Shown here: positions 11,101-18,773 of the stretch, one piece after another
How the letters are laid out: every line of letters starts with the position of its first letter
Numbering within the stretch: position 1 is the stretch's first letter
Notes under the pieces: generated by a model
Database searches by the model: none
What the model was told of the DNA's origin: nothing
Seen by the model: only the letters and a program-made list of their open reading frames with translations
Made by a program: the position numbers and the translations under genes
From: an uncultured Candidatus Entotheonella sp.
Lineage (GTDB): Bacteria > Tectomicrobia > Entotheonellia > Entotheonellales > Entotheonellaceae
DNA length: 64,000 bases
Assembly (NCBI GenBank): GCA_965217185.1
Contig: OZ244252.1
Location: 3,872,001-3,936,000, forward strand
Direction of reading: 5' to 3'

Positions 11101-11552
11101 GTCAATTTGGCACCGGCGGTTTCGATATCGCCGTCGAGCGTCAGGACCTTGCCTTCGAGGTCGCCGTTTCGACACAGGCTGAAGGCGTTGCCGTCGGTGT
11201 AGATCAGGTTCGGCAGGGTCTGCAGCTTCTCCCATTGTTCCCGGTCGTGCTTGTCGGTGAAGCGCCGCGGGTCCGCGCCCTTGCCCGGCGCCTTGACCTC
11301 GATGAAGCCCACCAGCGCCGCGTTGAGCGTGATTGCGTAATCGGGACGTGTCTTGAGATCGGCAAGCGACGTCTCGCCCACCGCGACGATTTGCTTTCTC
11401 GGCAGGCCGAGCAATTCCGCGATGTCGTAGATCAACCCTTCAAGCGGTGCTCTGAGCTGGTCTTCGGGCGCGCCTGCAACCGCTGCGTTGCTGAGCTTGG
11501 CTTTTGCTCGGCTTCCGAAGTCCGAAATAATCGCGTTGAATGCTTTTGCCAA
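8181..11552 (-). CDS. Type IIG / Type ISP-like fused restriction-modification enzyme (N6-adenine MTase)
   Basis: N-terminal RPDY..FIEVK nuclease, GSYYTP, DPATGTG (motif I), GNPPY (motif IV), C-terminal YGFRSFDRQW target-recognition region. No helicase domain seen. Confidence 0.9.
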   Translation of the reverse strand: MAKAFNAIISDFGSRAKAKLSNAAVAGAPEDQLRAPLEGLIYDIAELLGLPRKQIVAVGETSLADLKTRPDYAITLNAALVGFIEVKAPGKGADPRRFTDKHDREQWEKLQTLPNLIYTDGNAFSLCRNGDLEGKVLTLDGDIETAGAKLTAPSGLTGLFADFFQWQPQPPKSAPALAELTARLCRLLREEVTEQLAQGSGPLTNLATDWRKLLFPSATNEAFADGYAQAVTFGLLMARARRITLSDGLDRVAGELRQTNTLIGTALRLLTDDAENQATLKTSLATLTRVLDAVHWDVISKGDPEAWLYFYEKFLITYDSELRRKTGSYYTPPEVVMSMVRLVDEALKSGAYFGLTEGLAAPDVTVADPATGTGTYLLGVLRRIAETTEADQGPGAVPGVVEAAIPRLIGFELQLGPFAVAQLRLLAELQELVGDAFVGRSDPLRLFVTDTLGNPFVEDEYIPQILMPLGESRRQANRIKRQERITVVIGNPPYKDKAKGLGGWVENGSANRPGQPVPLMDWMPPPEWNVGAHAKHLRNLYVYFWRWAAWKVFGDGDPGDIQDRERDQTGIICFITAAGFLNGPGFQKMRANLRAEADEIWVLDCSPEGHQPPIRSRVFQGVQQPVCIVMALRKSRTASPQPARIRYRTLDGKTREDKFAAFDGISLEDDGWVACPDQPREPFLPKASGAWSDFALLEDVFIYGGSGVMPGRVWVIAPDRQTLEARWNVLVREPDAAKKEALFHPHLRNGKPGDKHVNKPLKSGLYGHEFRANAVAADTGKCIAPARYGFRSFDRQWIIPDGRVINQPNPTLWESFSDKQVFLTALHRSSPSNGPGVSFTASVCDLDHYKGSFGGRVYPLWADNQAATSNVKGAFLDCLAEQLGTPVSGQQVMAYLAAVMAHPAYTQRFQDDLVQPGLRLPLTRDAALFAEAVAVGEEVIWLHTFGERYTDPSNGRPAGAPRMPKGEGPLIPRDGAIPSDPGRMPDRIDYDAAKRRLLVGEGFIDNVPPEVWQYEVSGKQVLVHWFSYRKKDRTRAVIGERRPPSPLEKIQPDRWLAEYTTELLNVLHVLARLVALEPRQADLLTRICNGPLISADTLRTAGAFDVTRKGKGGSADARQDSLL

Positions 11553-11648
11553 AGTCGTGGGTCCTGGGATGTTCTTGGTTGTTGCGCCCTGCGGGCTAAA
11601 GATACTGCGCCATGTCCACCAGGCATCGACGTCTATCCGAACAAGGAC

Positions 11649-11676
11649 TTGACAATGCCCGTGGATTGTTTACTTT
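11649..11676 (+). promoter_or_regulatory. Sigma70-type promoter
   Basis: TTGACA (11649-54), 16-nt spacer, TACTTT (11671-76). No credible plus-strand CDS before the terminator. Confidence 0.6.
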
Positions 11677-11681
11677 GTGAA

Positions 11682-11809
11682 GTGAATTGGACGTATGAAC
11701 GGGATAGCACTTGCTATGCGTCCCTCCGGCCACTGGCTACCTGCCCAAGAGCGGTTATAAAGCGAGCCTGGTTAAGAAAAGCCCCGCTTCGTGCGGGGCT
11801 TTTTATTTT
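11682..11809 (+). ncRNA. Putative ~120-nt structured sRNA, tail-to-tail with the HtrC-like gene
   Basis: Bounded by the promoter and an intrinsic terminator. Stems GGACGU/GCGUCC (11689-94/11718-23) and AUAGC/GCUAU. Confidence 0.5.
11777..11809. terminator. Bidirectional intrinsic terminator
   Basis: aaaagccccgc-ttcgt-gcggggctttttatttt. The T-tract overlaps the TAA of the opposite-strand gene. Confidence 0.85.
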
Positions 11810-12354
11810 GGAGCCTTAATCTCCTTGCCCATTCGGGTATTATGGGCAATCACGAAGAAATTGATTTTCTTCCGCTTCGGCTGCGAGGAGCCGCGCGCTC
11901 TATCTCTGACGTAAGCAGTCTGAACAAACAGCCTGAGCAGCCCTCTGTTCACCCTCGATACGTTGAAATAGACTTCGTACGTTTTTCTCCCCTCACTGCC
12001 ATCCATCGGCTCGGTCACAAAGAAATTTCCTCGCCCGGCGTGGAAACACGGTCGTTGATTGAGCGATTTTGCTATGTCGGGCAGCGTAAAGGAGAGGCCA
12101 TAGCGGTCAAAGCAGAAAATTCGTGTCTCCCGCGAGTCCGAATAATGCAAGGCACGGTCCACATGGTGCAACTCTTCGCCGCGATGCGTGTTCGGCCCCC
12201 GAGTGAAGCAATACAGGCTGAACTCAATCACAAATCGGTATGTCCGTTCTGGTTTTCCTGCTTTTGCAGCCTGGATAAATTCCCATTCAAATCCTGTCAG
12301 GTGATCCAGAGGGTATGGTTTCCCTTTGTATACAAAAGGTTTCCAGGCCCTGAT
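11803..12354 (-). CDS. HtrC/YjaZ-like protein, apparent ATC start
   Basis: The frame stays open upstream of the annotated GTG: (I)RAWKPFVYKGKPYPLDHL...FSLYCFT...RIFCFDRY..HAGRGNF..LRLFVQTAY..FFVIAHN. This resembles E. coli HtrC/YjaZ as recalled. AAGGA lies 7 nt before the ATC. Confidence 0.7.
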   Translation of the reverse strand: MRAWKPFVYKGKPYPLDHLTGFEWEFIQAAKAGKPERTYRFVIEFSLYCFTRGPNTHRGEELHHVDRALHYSDSRETRIFCFDRYGLSFTLPDIAKSLNQRPCFHAGRGNFFVTEPMDGSEGRKTYEVYFNVSRVNRGLLRLFVQTAYVRDRARGSSQPKRKKINFFVIAHNTRMGKEIKAPK

Positions 12355-12401
12355 GGTATTGTCCTTTCAATCTTCTCGTCGCTCTTCTCACGTCGCGCGT
12401 G

Positions 12402-12653
12402 TCAATCCCGATACGCTGTCGGGTCATAGCCCTCATCCCGGAACTTTCGAATGTCGAACGGCTCTGCGTTGGGGTTGATCTTATCGCGCAACCCCCCGAG
12501 CAAGGACAAGTCTATCCGGCGCGGGCGCAGGATGAACCCGTCGGTGCTTTCCATCAACTCCAATTGGTCGCCGGGTCCCACGCCTAGCGCGTCGAGCACG
12601 TGCTTGGGGAAGGTTACCTGCCGTTGTGAGGTGACTTTTACGAGCATGGCCAT
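12402..12653 (-). CDS. AbrB/MazE/SpoVT-family antitoxin
   Basis: KVTSQRQVTFPKHVLDALGVGPGDQL signature. Confidence 0.88.
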   Translation of the reverse strand: MAMLVKVTSQRQVTFPKHVLDALGVGPGDQLELMESTDGFILRPRRIDLSLLGGLRDKINPNAEPFDIRKFRDEGYDPTAYRD

Positions 12654-12762
12654 CGTTCCTTCTTCTTGCCATTAAGCGCCTTGAAGTCATCTTTGAATGG
12701 GAAGATGGCGGTTGCCACCGAGACGGCTGAACAGGGTTCCAGGCGCGTTGCGCATGGGGCCA

Positions 12763-14193
12763 TCACGGTTCGGGCAGGAAGTGGGCTATCGAATTGGCGT
12801 AGTAACGCAGCATGTCGTGTTCGTTAGCGCACGCGCGGTAGAGCCCATCCGATTCCTGCACCAAGTGCCGCAGCACCAGCATCCGCAGCCCTACGGTGGT
12901 CGCGTAGTCGTGGTCTGCTCTCGGGATGTGGACATACGCCCCGCGCTGCTCGAGGTCGTTGATGAGGGCATGGGTTTGTGCCTTGATCTCGAGTTCGCTC
13001 ATGGCCGTCTGTGGATGGCGCAGGAACACGGTGGCGATGAGTGGCACCGGCAATACCGGAATGGCCGTGGCGATGGCGTCGAGCAATTCATTGCCAAGCT
13101 GCTCTACGGCTCCAAAACGAGCTTCTGCGTCCAGAGCGCGAAAATCCGTCCTGGTGCGGGCGATGTACGACCGCATGGAAACCGGCGTTCCGAAATTGAC
13201 GCAGGCGTAGCCGAAGCGATACCAGCGCCGTTCCAGCAGGAGTTTTACCTGATGGCCGAGGAACCTTAGAAAGGCTACGACGGTGTACGTCTTGCTGCGT
13301 GGGTTGGCCTGCGGATCGAGGTCGCGTACCAGGGAGCGGTCCTCCAGCACACGGTCGTAGTTGATTCCCACCGGGATGAACACGAGGTCTCGTTCACCCT
13401 CGGGGTCGAAGGCCGAAACCATGTAGCTGATGAGGCCAAGCCTCGGCTTTCGGAGGCGTCCGTCGCGGGTGAAACGACCCTCGGGGTAGAACGCCTGTAC
13501 GACACCGCCAGCCGTCGCCATTTGGACATAGCGGGCCAGGACCCGACGGTAGAGAGGGTTGTCGGATTTTCGACGCACGAAGAAACCGCCGAGCGATTTG
13601 ATTATTGACTGCAGGGGCCAGGTGCGCGCCCATTCGCCCACTGCATAGCTCAATGCGGAGCGCGTCGCGGCCATGTAGGCAACGATGATGTAGTCCATGT
13701 TGCTGCGATGATTCATCAGAAAAACGATGCTCGCGGTAGGCTCGATTCTGGCCAGTGCCTCGTCGTCGGCATAGCCCAGGCGGACCCGATACAGGAATTG
13801 CAGGATGCGTCGTGCCAGGTAATACCCGAACCGGAAGTACAGGTAGACATTGAACGACGGCACAATCTCGCGGGCATAGCGCTCGACTTCCCGGATCAGA
13901 GCTTCTCGTGGCACGTCAGACCGCTGCGCTTCAGCCTCGACCGACTCCATCACCTTGGGGTCGTATGTCAGTCGATCGATAAGAACCTGCCGTTTTGTCC
14001 GTTGGAAGAGCGGTATTTGCAGTTGCAAGCGGGTGTTGAGTTCGTCGATCACACGACTGGCGCGCCGTCTGAAAAACCAGCGCGCGCCTGGGATGAGTAG
14101 ATGGTCAAGAATCGCCCAAAGTGAAAGGGCGCCGGCAACGACCACCACCCAAGTTGGAAGGGGAATTATCTCTGCCATTTTTGCGTCAGGCAT
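12763..14193 (-). CDS. Glycerol-3-phosphate/phospholipid acyltransferase (PlsB/PlsC-like)
   Basis: NHRSNMD (HX4D), GGFFVRR, FYPEG and PVGINYD motifs. Confidence 0.88.
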   Translation of the reverse strand: MPDAKMAEIIPLPTWVVVVAGALSLWAILDHLLIPGARWFFRRRASRVIDELNTRLQLQIPLFQRTKRQVLIDRLTYDPKVMESVEAEAQRSDVPREALIREVERYAREIVPSFNVYLYFRFGYYLARRILQFLYRVRLGYADDEALARIEPTASIVFLMNHRSNMDYIIVAYMAATRSALSYAVGEWARTWPLQSIIKSLGGFFVRRKSDNPLYRRVLARYVQMATAGGVVQAFYPEGRFTRDGRLRKPRLGLISYMVSAFDPEGERDLVFIPVGINYDRVLEDRSLVRDLDPQANPRSKTYTVVAFLRFLGHQVKLLLERRWYRFGYACVNFGTPVSMRSYIARTRTDFRALDAEARFGAVEQLGNELLDAIATAIPVLPVPLIATVFLRHPQTAMSELEIKAQTHALINDLEQRGAYVHIPRADHDYATTVGLRMLVLRHLVQESDGLYRACANEHDMLRYYANSIAHFLPEP

Positions 14194-14523
14194 GCCGTCG
14201 TCAATGCGACCGCAGGCTCCGATTTCACGTGTGAATCAGCCGATGATCTCGGCTGGAGGCGGAATCGCCTGATTGCGACAACAGAATACGATGCTCACCG
14301 GAAGGGCCGATTTTGCGGGATTCAGGCCGAATCGGCGGGGCCATGGCGTCATAAGGGAGGTTTGGCGGTTCATGTGGCGCACCGGTCAATTCTACGGCAC
14401 CTGTTCGACCCCTGTTGTCACGGGCCATCCAACAGCCGCGATAGACCCATCTGCTGCGGAAGAGATCCCCGCCGAGTCGCCGGCGCTCTCTATAAGAACC
14501 TGGTCCATCAATCTCGCCAATGC

Positions 14524-14724
14524 CTACACTGTCTCGAATTGCAGTGCAGAGAGGTTCAGGCTGGATGAGCGTTTTGAGAGATGGAGCATCTCTACGCCTA
14601 TCACTTCGTTCGATTCGTTGTAGTCGAGTATCACTCCCGGCGAAACCTCCTCGGACTCGACTATGGGGGAGTCATCGAGGCGTAGGTACAGAGCGTCGGC
14701 TGCCTTGTCTACGTTCAACTTCAT
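14524..14724 (-). CDS. DUF2283 domain protein
   Basis: MKLNVDKAADALYLRL...GVILDY...IGVEML. GAGGAG RBS. Confidence 0.88.
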   Translation of the reverse strand: MKLNVDKAADALYLRLDDSPIVESEEVSPGVILDYNESNEVIGVEMLHLSKRSSSLNLSALQFETV

Positions 14725-14817
14725 AGCTCTCCTCTCTTGCTTCGATCGAAGAATACGCTCACCACGCGCCAAGGCACGACGCGGGTGTTGACGACAGCGC
14801 ATAGCACGCAGTTTCAT
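14721..14817 (-). pseudogene. C-terminal relic of a DUF4258-like toxin
   Basis: VVNTRVVPWRVVSVFFDRSKRGEL* ends in an ATGA overlap with the DUF2283 gene. Confidence 0.55.
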
Positions 14818-15182
14818 ATCGGTAACACCCGAACCCGGATTCGGTTCTCGTCAACCACGACCAAGGCTCCAGAAGACAAGTCCGCTTCATGCTGCCTGAG
14901 GACAGCAATGACCAAGCCTTCCATGTGGTCCGGCAGGATATTCTCACCGCGAACCTGAAGCACACTCGGGCCGGCTTTATGCGACAGCGCCAGCATCGTG
15001 CCGAAGTCCAGGTCGTGGGTGAAAACGACGTATTCGTGAGCGGCCGCCCAATCCATGATAACCCTGTCGCTGGCCCGCGGGTTGCCGACAAAGGACCAGT
15101 GCACCGCCTGCCATCCATGTTTCTGCAGCACGGGTACCCATCCGGGCGACAGATTCATGTCCACCAGGAGCTTCGGCTTCAT
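14814..15182 (-). CDS. DUF5615 PIN-like toxin
   Basis: LLVDMNLSP and FTHDLDFG motifs. Confidence 0.9.
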   Translation of the reverse strand: MKPKLLVDMNLSPGWVPVLQKHGWQAVHWSFVGNPRASDRVIMDWAAAHEYVVFTHDLDFGTMLALSHKAGPSVLQVRGENILPDHMEGLVIAVLRQHEADLSSGALVVVDENRIRVRVLPI

Positions 15183-15409
15183 GACGGGGAGAGAGGAACT
15201 TCTCGCTCCTCCAGCCTCCAGGCGGCGTAGGCCAGGGATTGGTCGATGTCCTTCCGTTCAAGATACGGGTAGGCTTTGAGGATTTCCCCGGGCGAGCGGC
15301 CAGCCGCCAAGAGACCGACGATGGTCCCAACCGTAATGCGCAGACCTCGAATACACGCCTTGCCGCCCATGACGTCGGGATCCATGGTAATCCTCTCGAA
15401 TGATTTCAT
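15179..15409 (-). CDS. DUF433 antitoxin
   Basis: RITMDPDVMGGKACIRGLRITV...YPYL signature. Confidence 0.92.
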   Translation of the reverse strand: MKSFERITMDPDVMGGKACIRGLRITVGTIVGLLAAGRSPGEILKAYPYLERKDIDQSLAYAAWRLEEREVPLSPS

Positions 15410-15455
15410 GGTCTATGCTACTCCCATGTGATGAAAACCATCCCGTGCAGATGCT

Positions 15456-16445
15456 TTAGGGGCCGTCCTCCGGCAGGTCGCGGACGACACCGCTGACGAT
15501 CTCGGCGGTGTCGATGCCCTCCGCTTCCCCCTCGAAATTCAGGATGAGGCGGTGCCGCAGGCAGGGCACGGCGACCTCGCGCAGGTCGTCGAAGCTGACG
15601 TTGAAGCGTCCGGCGAACAGCGCTCGCACCTTGGCGGCCAGCACCAGGCTCTGCACGCCGCGCGGGCTGGAGCCGTAGCGCACGTAATTGCGCACCGCGT
15701 CGCTGGTGCGGGGCGTCTGCGGGTGGGTGGCCATGACCAGACGGATGGCGTAGTTCTTGACGTGCGAAGCCAGCGGCACGTCGCGCACCAGGCGTTGGGC
15801 CGCCAGGACGTCGGTTGCCGTGGCGACCGGCTCCGCGGTCTGCGTTTCGCCCTGGGTGGTGCGGTCGACGATGTCGCTGAGGTCGTTGAACGACGGGTAG
15901 CTGATCTGCAATTTCAGCAGGAAGCGGTCGAGTTGCGCCTCGGGCAGCGGGTAGGTGCCGTCCATTTCGAGCGGGTTCTGGGTGCCCAGCACCAGAAACG
16001 GCAGGTGCAACTTGTGCTCCGTGCCGGCCACCGTCACCGTCTGCTCCTGCATGGCTTCGAGCAGCGCTGACTGGGTTTTCGGCGTCGCGCGGTTGATCTC
16101 GTCGGCGAGCACGACGTTGCTGAAGATCGGGCCGGGTTGAAAGGCGAAATGGCGCTGTCCGGCCTCGTCTTCGAGGACCACGCGGGTGCCGATGATGTCG
16201 GCCGGCATGAGGTCGGGGGTGAACTGGATACGCGAGAATTGCAGGTGAAGAGCGGCGCCGAGGCTCTTGACCAGCAGCGTTTTGCCGAGCCCGGGCACGC
16301 CTTCGAGGAGGGCATGGCCGCCGCACAGCAGGCAGGTGAGCAGGCCGTCCACGATGTCGCCGTGCCCCACGATGGCCTTGGCGATCTCGGTACGGATGCG
16401 CGCCATGTCGGCGTCGAATTGTGCCACCTGATCGGTTACGTTCAT
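15456..16445 (-). CDS. moxR: MoxR-family AAA+ ATPase
   Basis: GVPGLGKT, RIQFTPDLMPAD, DEINRATPKTQSALLEAM and EAQLDRF motifs. Confidence 0.96.
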   Translation of the reverse strand: MNVTDQVAQFDADMARIRTEIAKAIVGHGDIVDGLLTCLLCGGHALLEGVPGLGKTLLVKSLGAALHLQFSRIQFTPDLMPADIIGTRVVLEDEAGQRHFAFQPGPIFSNVVLADEINRATPKTQSALLEAMQEQTVTVAGTEHKLHLPFLVLGTQNPLEMDGTYPLPEAQLDRFLLKLQISYPSFNDLSDIVDRTTQGETQTAEPVATATDVLAAQRLVRDVPLASHVKNYAIRLVMATHPQTPRTSDAVRNYVRYGSSPRGVQSLVLAAKVRALFAGRFNVSFDDLREVAVPCLRHRLILNFEGEAEGIDTAEIVSGVVRDLPEDGP

Positions 16446-17962
16446 TCCCGTACCATCCCCAGCGACAGGAAGTATTGCTTGATCTGCTCGCGGTAGCCGC
16501 GCGGAATGTCCTCGTGCGTCAGCACCTCCTCGGCGGCCTGCTGGTACTGCACGGCGACCTCCTCCACGGGCACCTGCGCCTCGTTGATCATCGGCAGGCG
16601 GCGCATATATCGCAGGCGCGTGGGGCCGGGGCTGTTGCGCAACTCGACGTGCGACATGGGCTGCTCGGACTCGCGCAGGGCCTGTTCGGGGCGGGCGTCG
16701 ACACGGGTGGACACGCCGTAGCCGGCGTCGGAACCGGGGGCGGAGAACTCCTCCATGCCGTACAGGTCTTCCATCATGAACTCGCCGCCGAACCGTCGGG
16801 GGTCGAAGTCGCCTTGCGCCTGCCGGGCGCCGGGCGCCGGGTCGCCGCCGGGCTGCCCCTCGGCCTGTTGCTGCAGGTTGCGGGAGGCGTATTCCAAGGC
16901 ACGGCGGGCGCGTTCGAGGTGCTGCATCTCTTCACTGGCCTGCTGCTGCTCAATGACCTCGCGCAGCAATTGCCGCGCCGCCTGCACGTCGCCGGCGCGC
17001 AGGTTTTGCAACAGCGATTCCAGTTCGGGAACCGGCATGGCGCCGGCCTGCTGGCGCAGGCGTTGCAGGCTTTGCTCGGCTGCCGCCACGCGGTCGCGCG
17101 ACGGTGTTTCGTCGTCCAAGAGTTTCAGCACGTCGCGTAACTCCTGCTTGAGGCTCTTGCCGGACGGCAACGTGTCGCGCACCGCCAACCGCCCCATGCC
17201 GCTCATCAAGGCGCGCTCGCGCAACTCCTCGCGCAGGCGCTGCAGGTAATCCGAAAGGCTGGCGATACGGTCGCTAAAGGCGTCCTGCGGCGCGCGCTCG
17301 TCTTGCAAATGCTTGCCGAGGTTCTGCAATTGGCGCGCCAGGACGAGGCTGCGGTCCAGATGTTCCTGCTTGGCGAGCCGCTCCAGTTCGTCGCCCCACT
17401 GTTCGAGACGCTGGCCCTCGCGCACCACTTGGCGGCTGAAATCCGCATCGCCGAGAGTGGCGAACGACCACGTGGGGGTCTCGATCCAGTGCAGGGCGAG
17501 AGTGGCGAGCAGCAGGACCGGGATGGCCCACAGCCGGCGCGGCAGACGCAGCGGCAATACCTGGCGCGGCTCGACGCGCGGCGCCAGCCGGTCGGCTTCG
17601 TCCATCAGGGCGGCATTGAAAGGGTGGTCGGCGTGCCGCTTGCCGTATTCGTAAGCGGTGCTGAGGCGCTCGTGGCCGCGCAGGGTGCGGTCCGCCGCGG
17701 CCAGCATGTCCAGCGGAGCGCCGCGTGTGGGCCAACTGAGGCAAAGGACAATACCGAGGGTTACGAGGGCGAGGAGGGCATAGACGGCCGGCAGGGAAGC
17801 CGTCCACACGCCGGCGGTGACGAGGGCCGTTGCCAAGCAGGCGACGGCGAGGCCGACGAGGGCGGTATCCAGGGAGCGGCGCAGCCGCCGCAAGTACCGG
17901 TGGCGCCGTTGCAACCGCGTCACGGCCTGCTCAAGGAGGCCCGACTGATCCATCGCCTTCAC
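16442..17962 (-). CDS. Membrane-anchored coiled-coil protein (MoxR operon)
   Basis: N-terminal TM helices, ERLSTAYE, C-terminal IPRGYREQIKQYF. ATGA-coupled to moxR. Confidence 0.8.
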   Translation of the reverse strand: MKAMDQSGLLEQAVTRLQRRHRYLRRLRRSLDTALVGLAVACLATALVTAGVWTASLPAVYALLALVTLGIVLCLSWPTRGAPLDMLAAADRTLRGHERLSTAYEYGKRHADHPFNAALMDEADRLAPRVEPRQVLPLRLPRRLWAIPVLLLATLALHWIETPTWSFATLGDADFSRQVVREGQRLEQWGDELERLAKQEHLDRSLVLARQLQNLGKHLQDERAPQDAFSDRIASLSDYLQRLREELRERALMSGMGRLAVRDTLPSGKSLKQELRDVLKLLDDETPSRDRVAAAEQSLQRLRQQAGAMPVPELESLLQNLRAGDVQAARQLLREVIEQQQASEEMQHLERARRALEYASRNLQQQAEGQPGGDPAPGARQAQGDFDPRRFGGEFMMEDLYGMEEFSAPGSDAGYGVSTRVDARPEQALRESEQPMSHVELRNSPGPTRLRYMRRLPMINEAQVPVEEVAVQYQQAAEEVLTHEDIPRGYREQIKQYFLSLGMVRE

Positions 17963-18755
17963 CTCCCTCAGTGCCGTCGCGGAGAGCCGATCGGCGTTGC
18001 AGCCAGCGTGTGCGCAAGGCGGCGATTATAAAAAACAGGCTCCCCAGAATCAAATGCAGCGCCAGCGTGGCGGCCCAACCCGGGGCGGTGTGCCTCATGA
18101 GGCTGACGGCGGGCAGGCGCGGCGGCCAGATGCTGGTGTCGATGAACGCCAGCACCGGGTTGGCGAGCGGCCACACGAAACCGCTGACCAGGATGAACCA
18201 CAGGTAAACGACGCGCACCAGGATGTAAAGGATGAAGTCGTCGCGCTCGAACCAGATTAGCAGCGTGACGCCGATGATCCGGTACGCCGTTAGGCACGCC
18301 AGCAGCACGAGCATGCCGGTACCGAGATGGGCGAGCGACTCGCCCGAGACGCCGGCGGCCAGCAGCAACAAAGGCCACGACAGCCCCCAGAAAAACAGCA
18401 TCTCGACGCTGCCCGCCGCCAGATAGCCGCGCAGGAACGTGCCGCCCGGCAGCGGCGTGAACGCCAGCCAGTCGCGCAGGGTGGCGTTCTGCCCGCCCAG
18501 CAGGTTGCGCGCCCCTTGGGTGAAGTTGAGGTAGGCCAGGATGATCGTCGCCGTGCCGCCCATGGCGTTGTAGGTGAACGGCAGGTCGCGCAGACTCAGG
18601 AAGCCTTCCTTCGGCCAGGTGATGAAGAGCGCCAGTGACAGCACCGCGGCGTAATTCAGCCCATGCGTCCAGGCTGTGCCGCGGTGCGTCATGGCATCCA
18701 GCGCGCCGCGGAAGATCGGGTTGCGCAGCGCCTTCCTGCCGGGTATGGGGATCAT
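17931..18755 (-). CDS. Multi-pass membrane protein (ABC-2 permease-like)
   Basis: About 6 hydrophobic segments with an NPIF start and NPV motif. Confidence 0.7.
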   Translation of the reverse strand: MIPIPGRKALRNPIFRGALDAMTHRGTAWTHGLNYAAVLSLALFITWPKEGFLSLRDLPFTYNAMGGTATIILAYLNFTQGARNLLGGQNATLRDWLAFTPLPGGTFLRGYLAAGSVEMLFFWGLSWPLLLLAAGVSGESLAHLGTGMLVLLACLTAYRIIGVTLLIWFERDDFILYILVRVVYLWFILVSGFVWPLANPVLAFIDTSIWPPRLPAVSLMRHTAPGWAATLALHLILGSLFFIIAALRTRWLQRRSALRDGTEGGEGDGSVGPP

Positions 18756-18773
18756 GTGGGAGTCTCTGGATGC

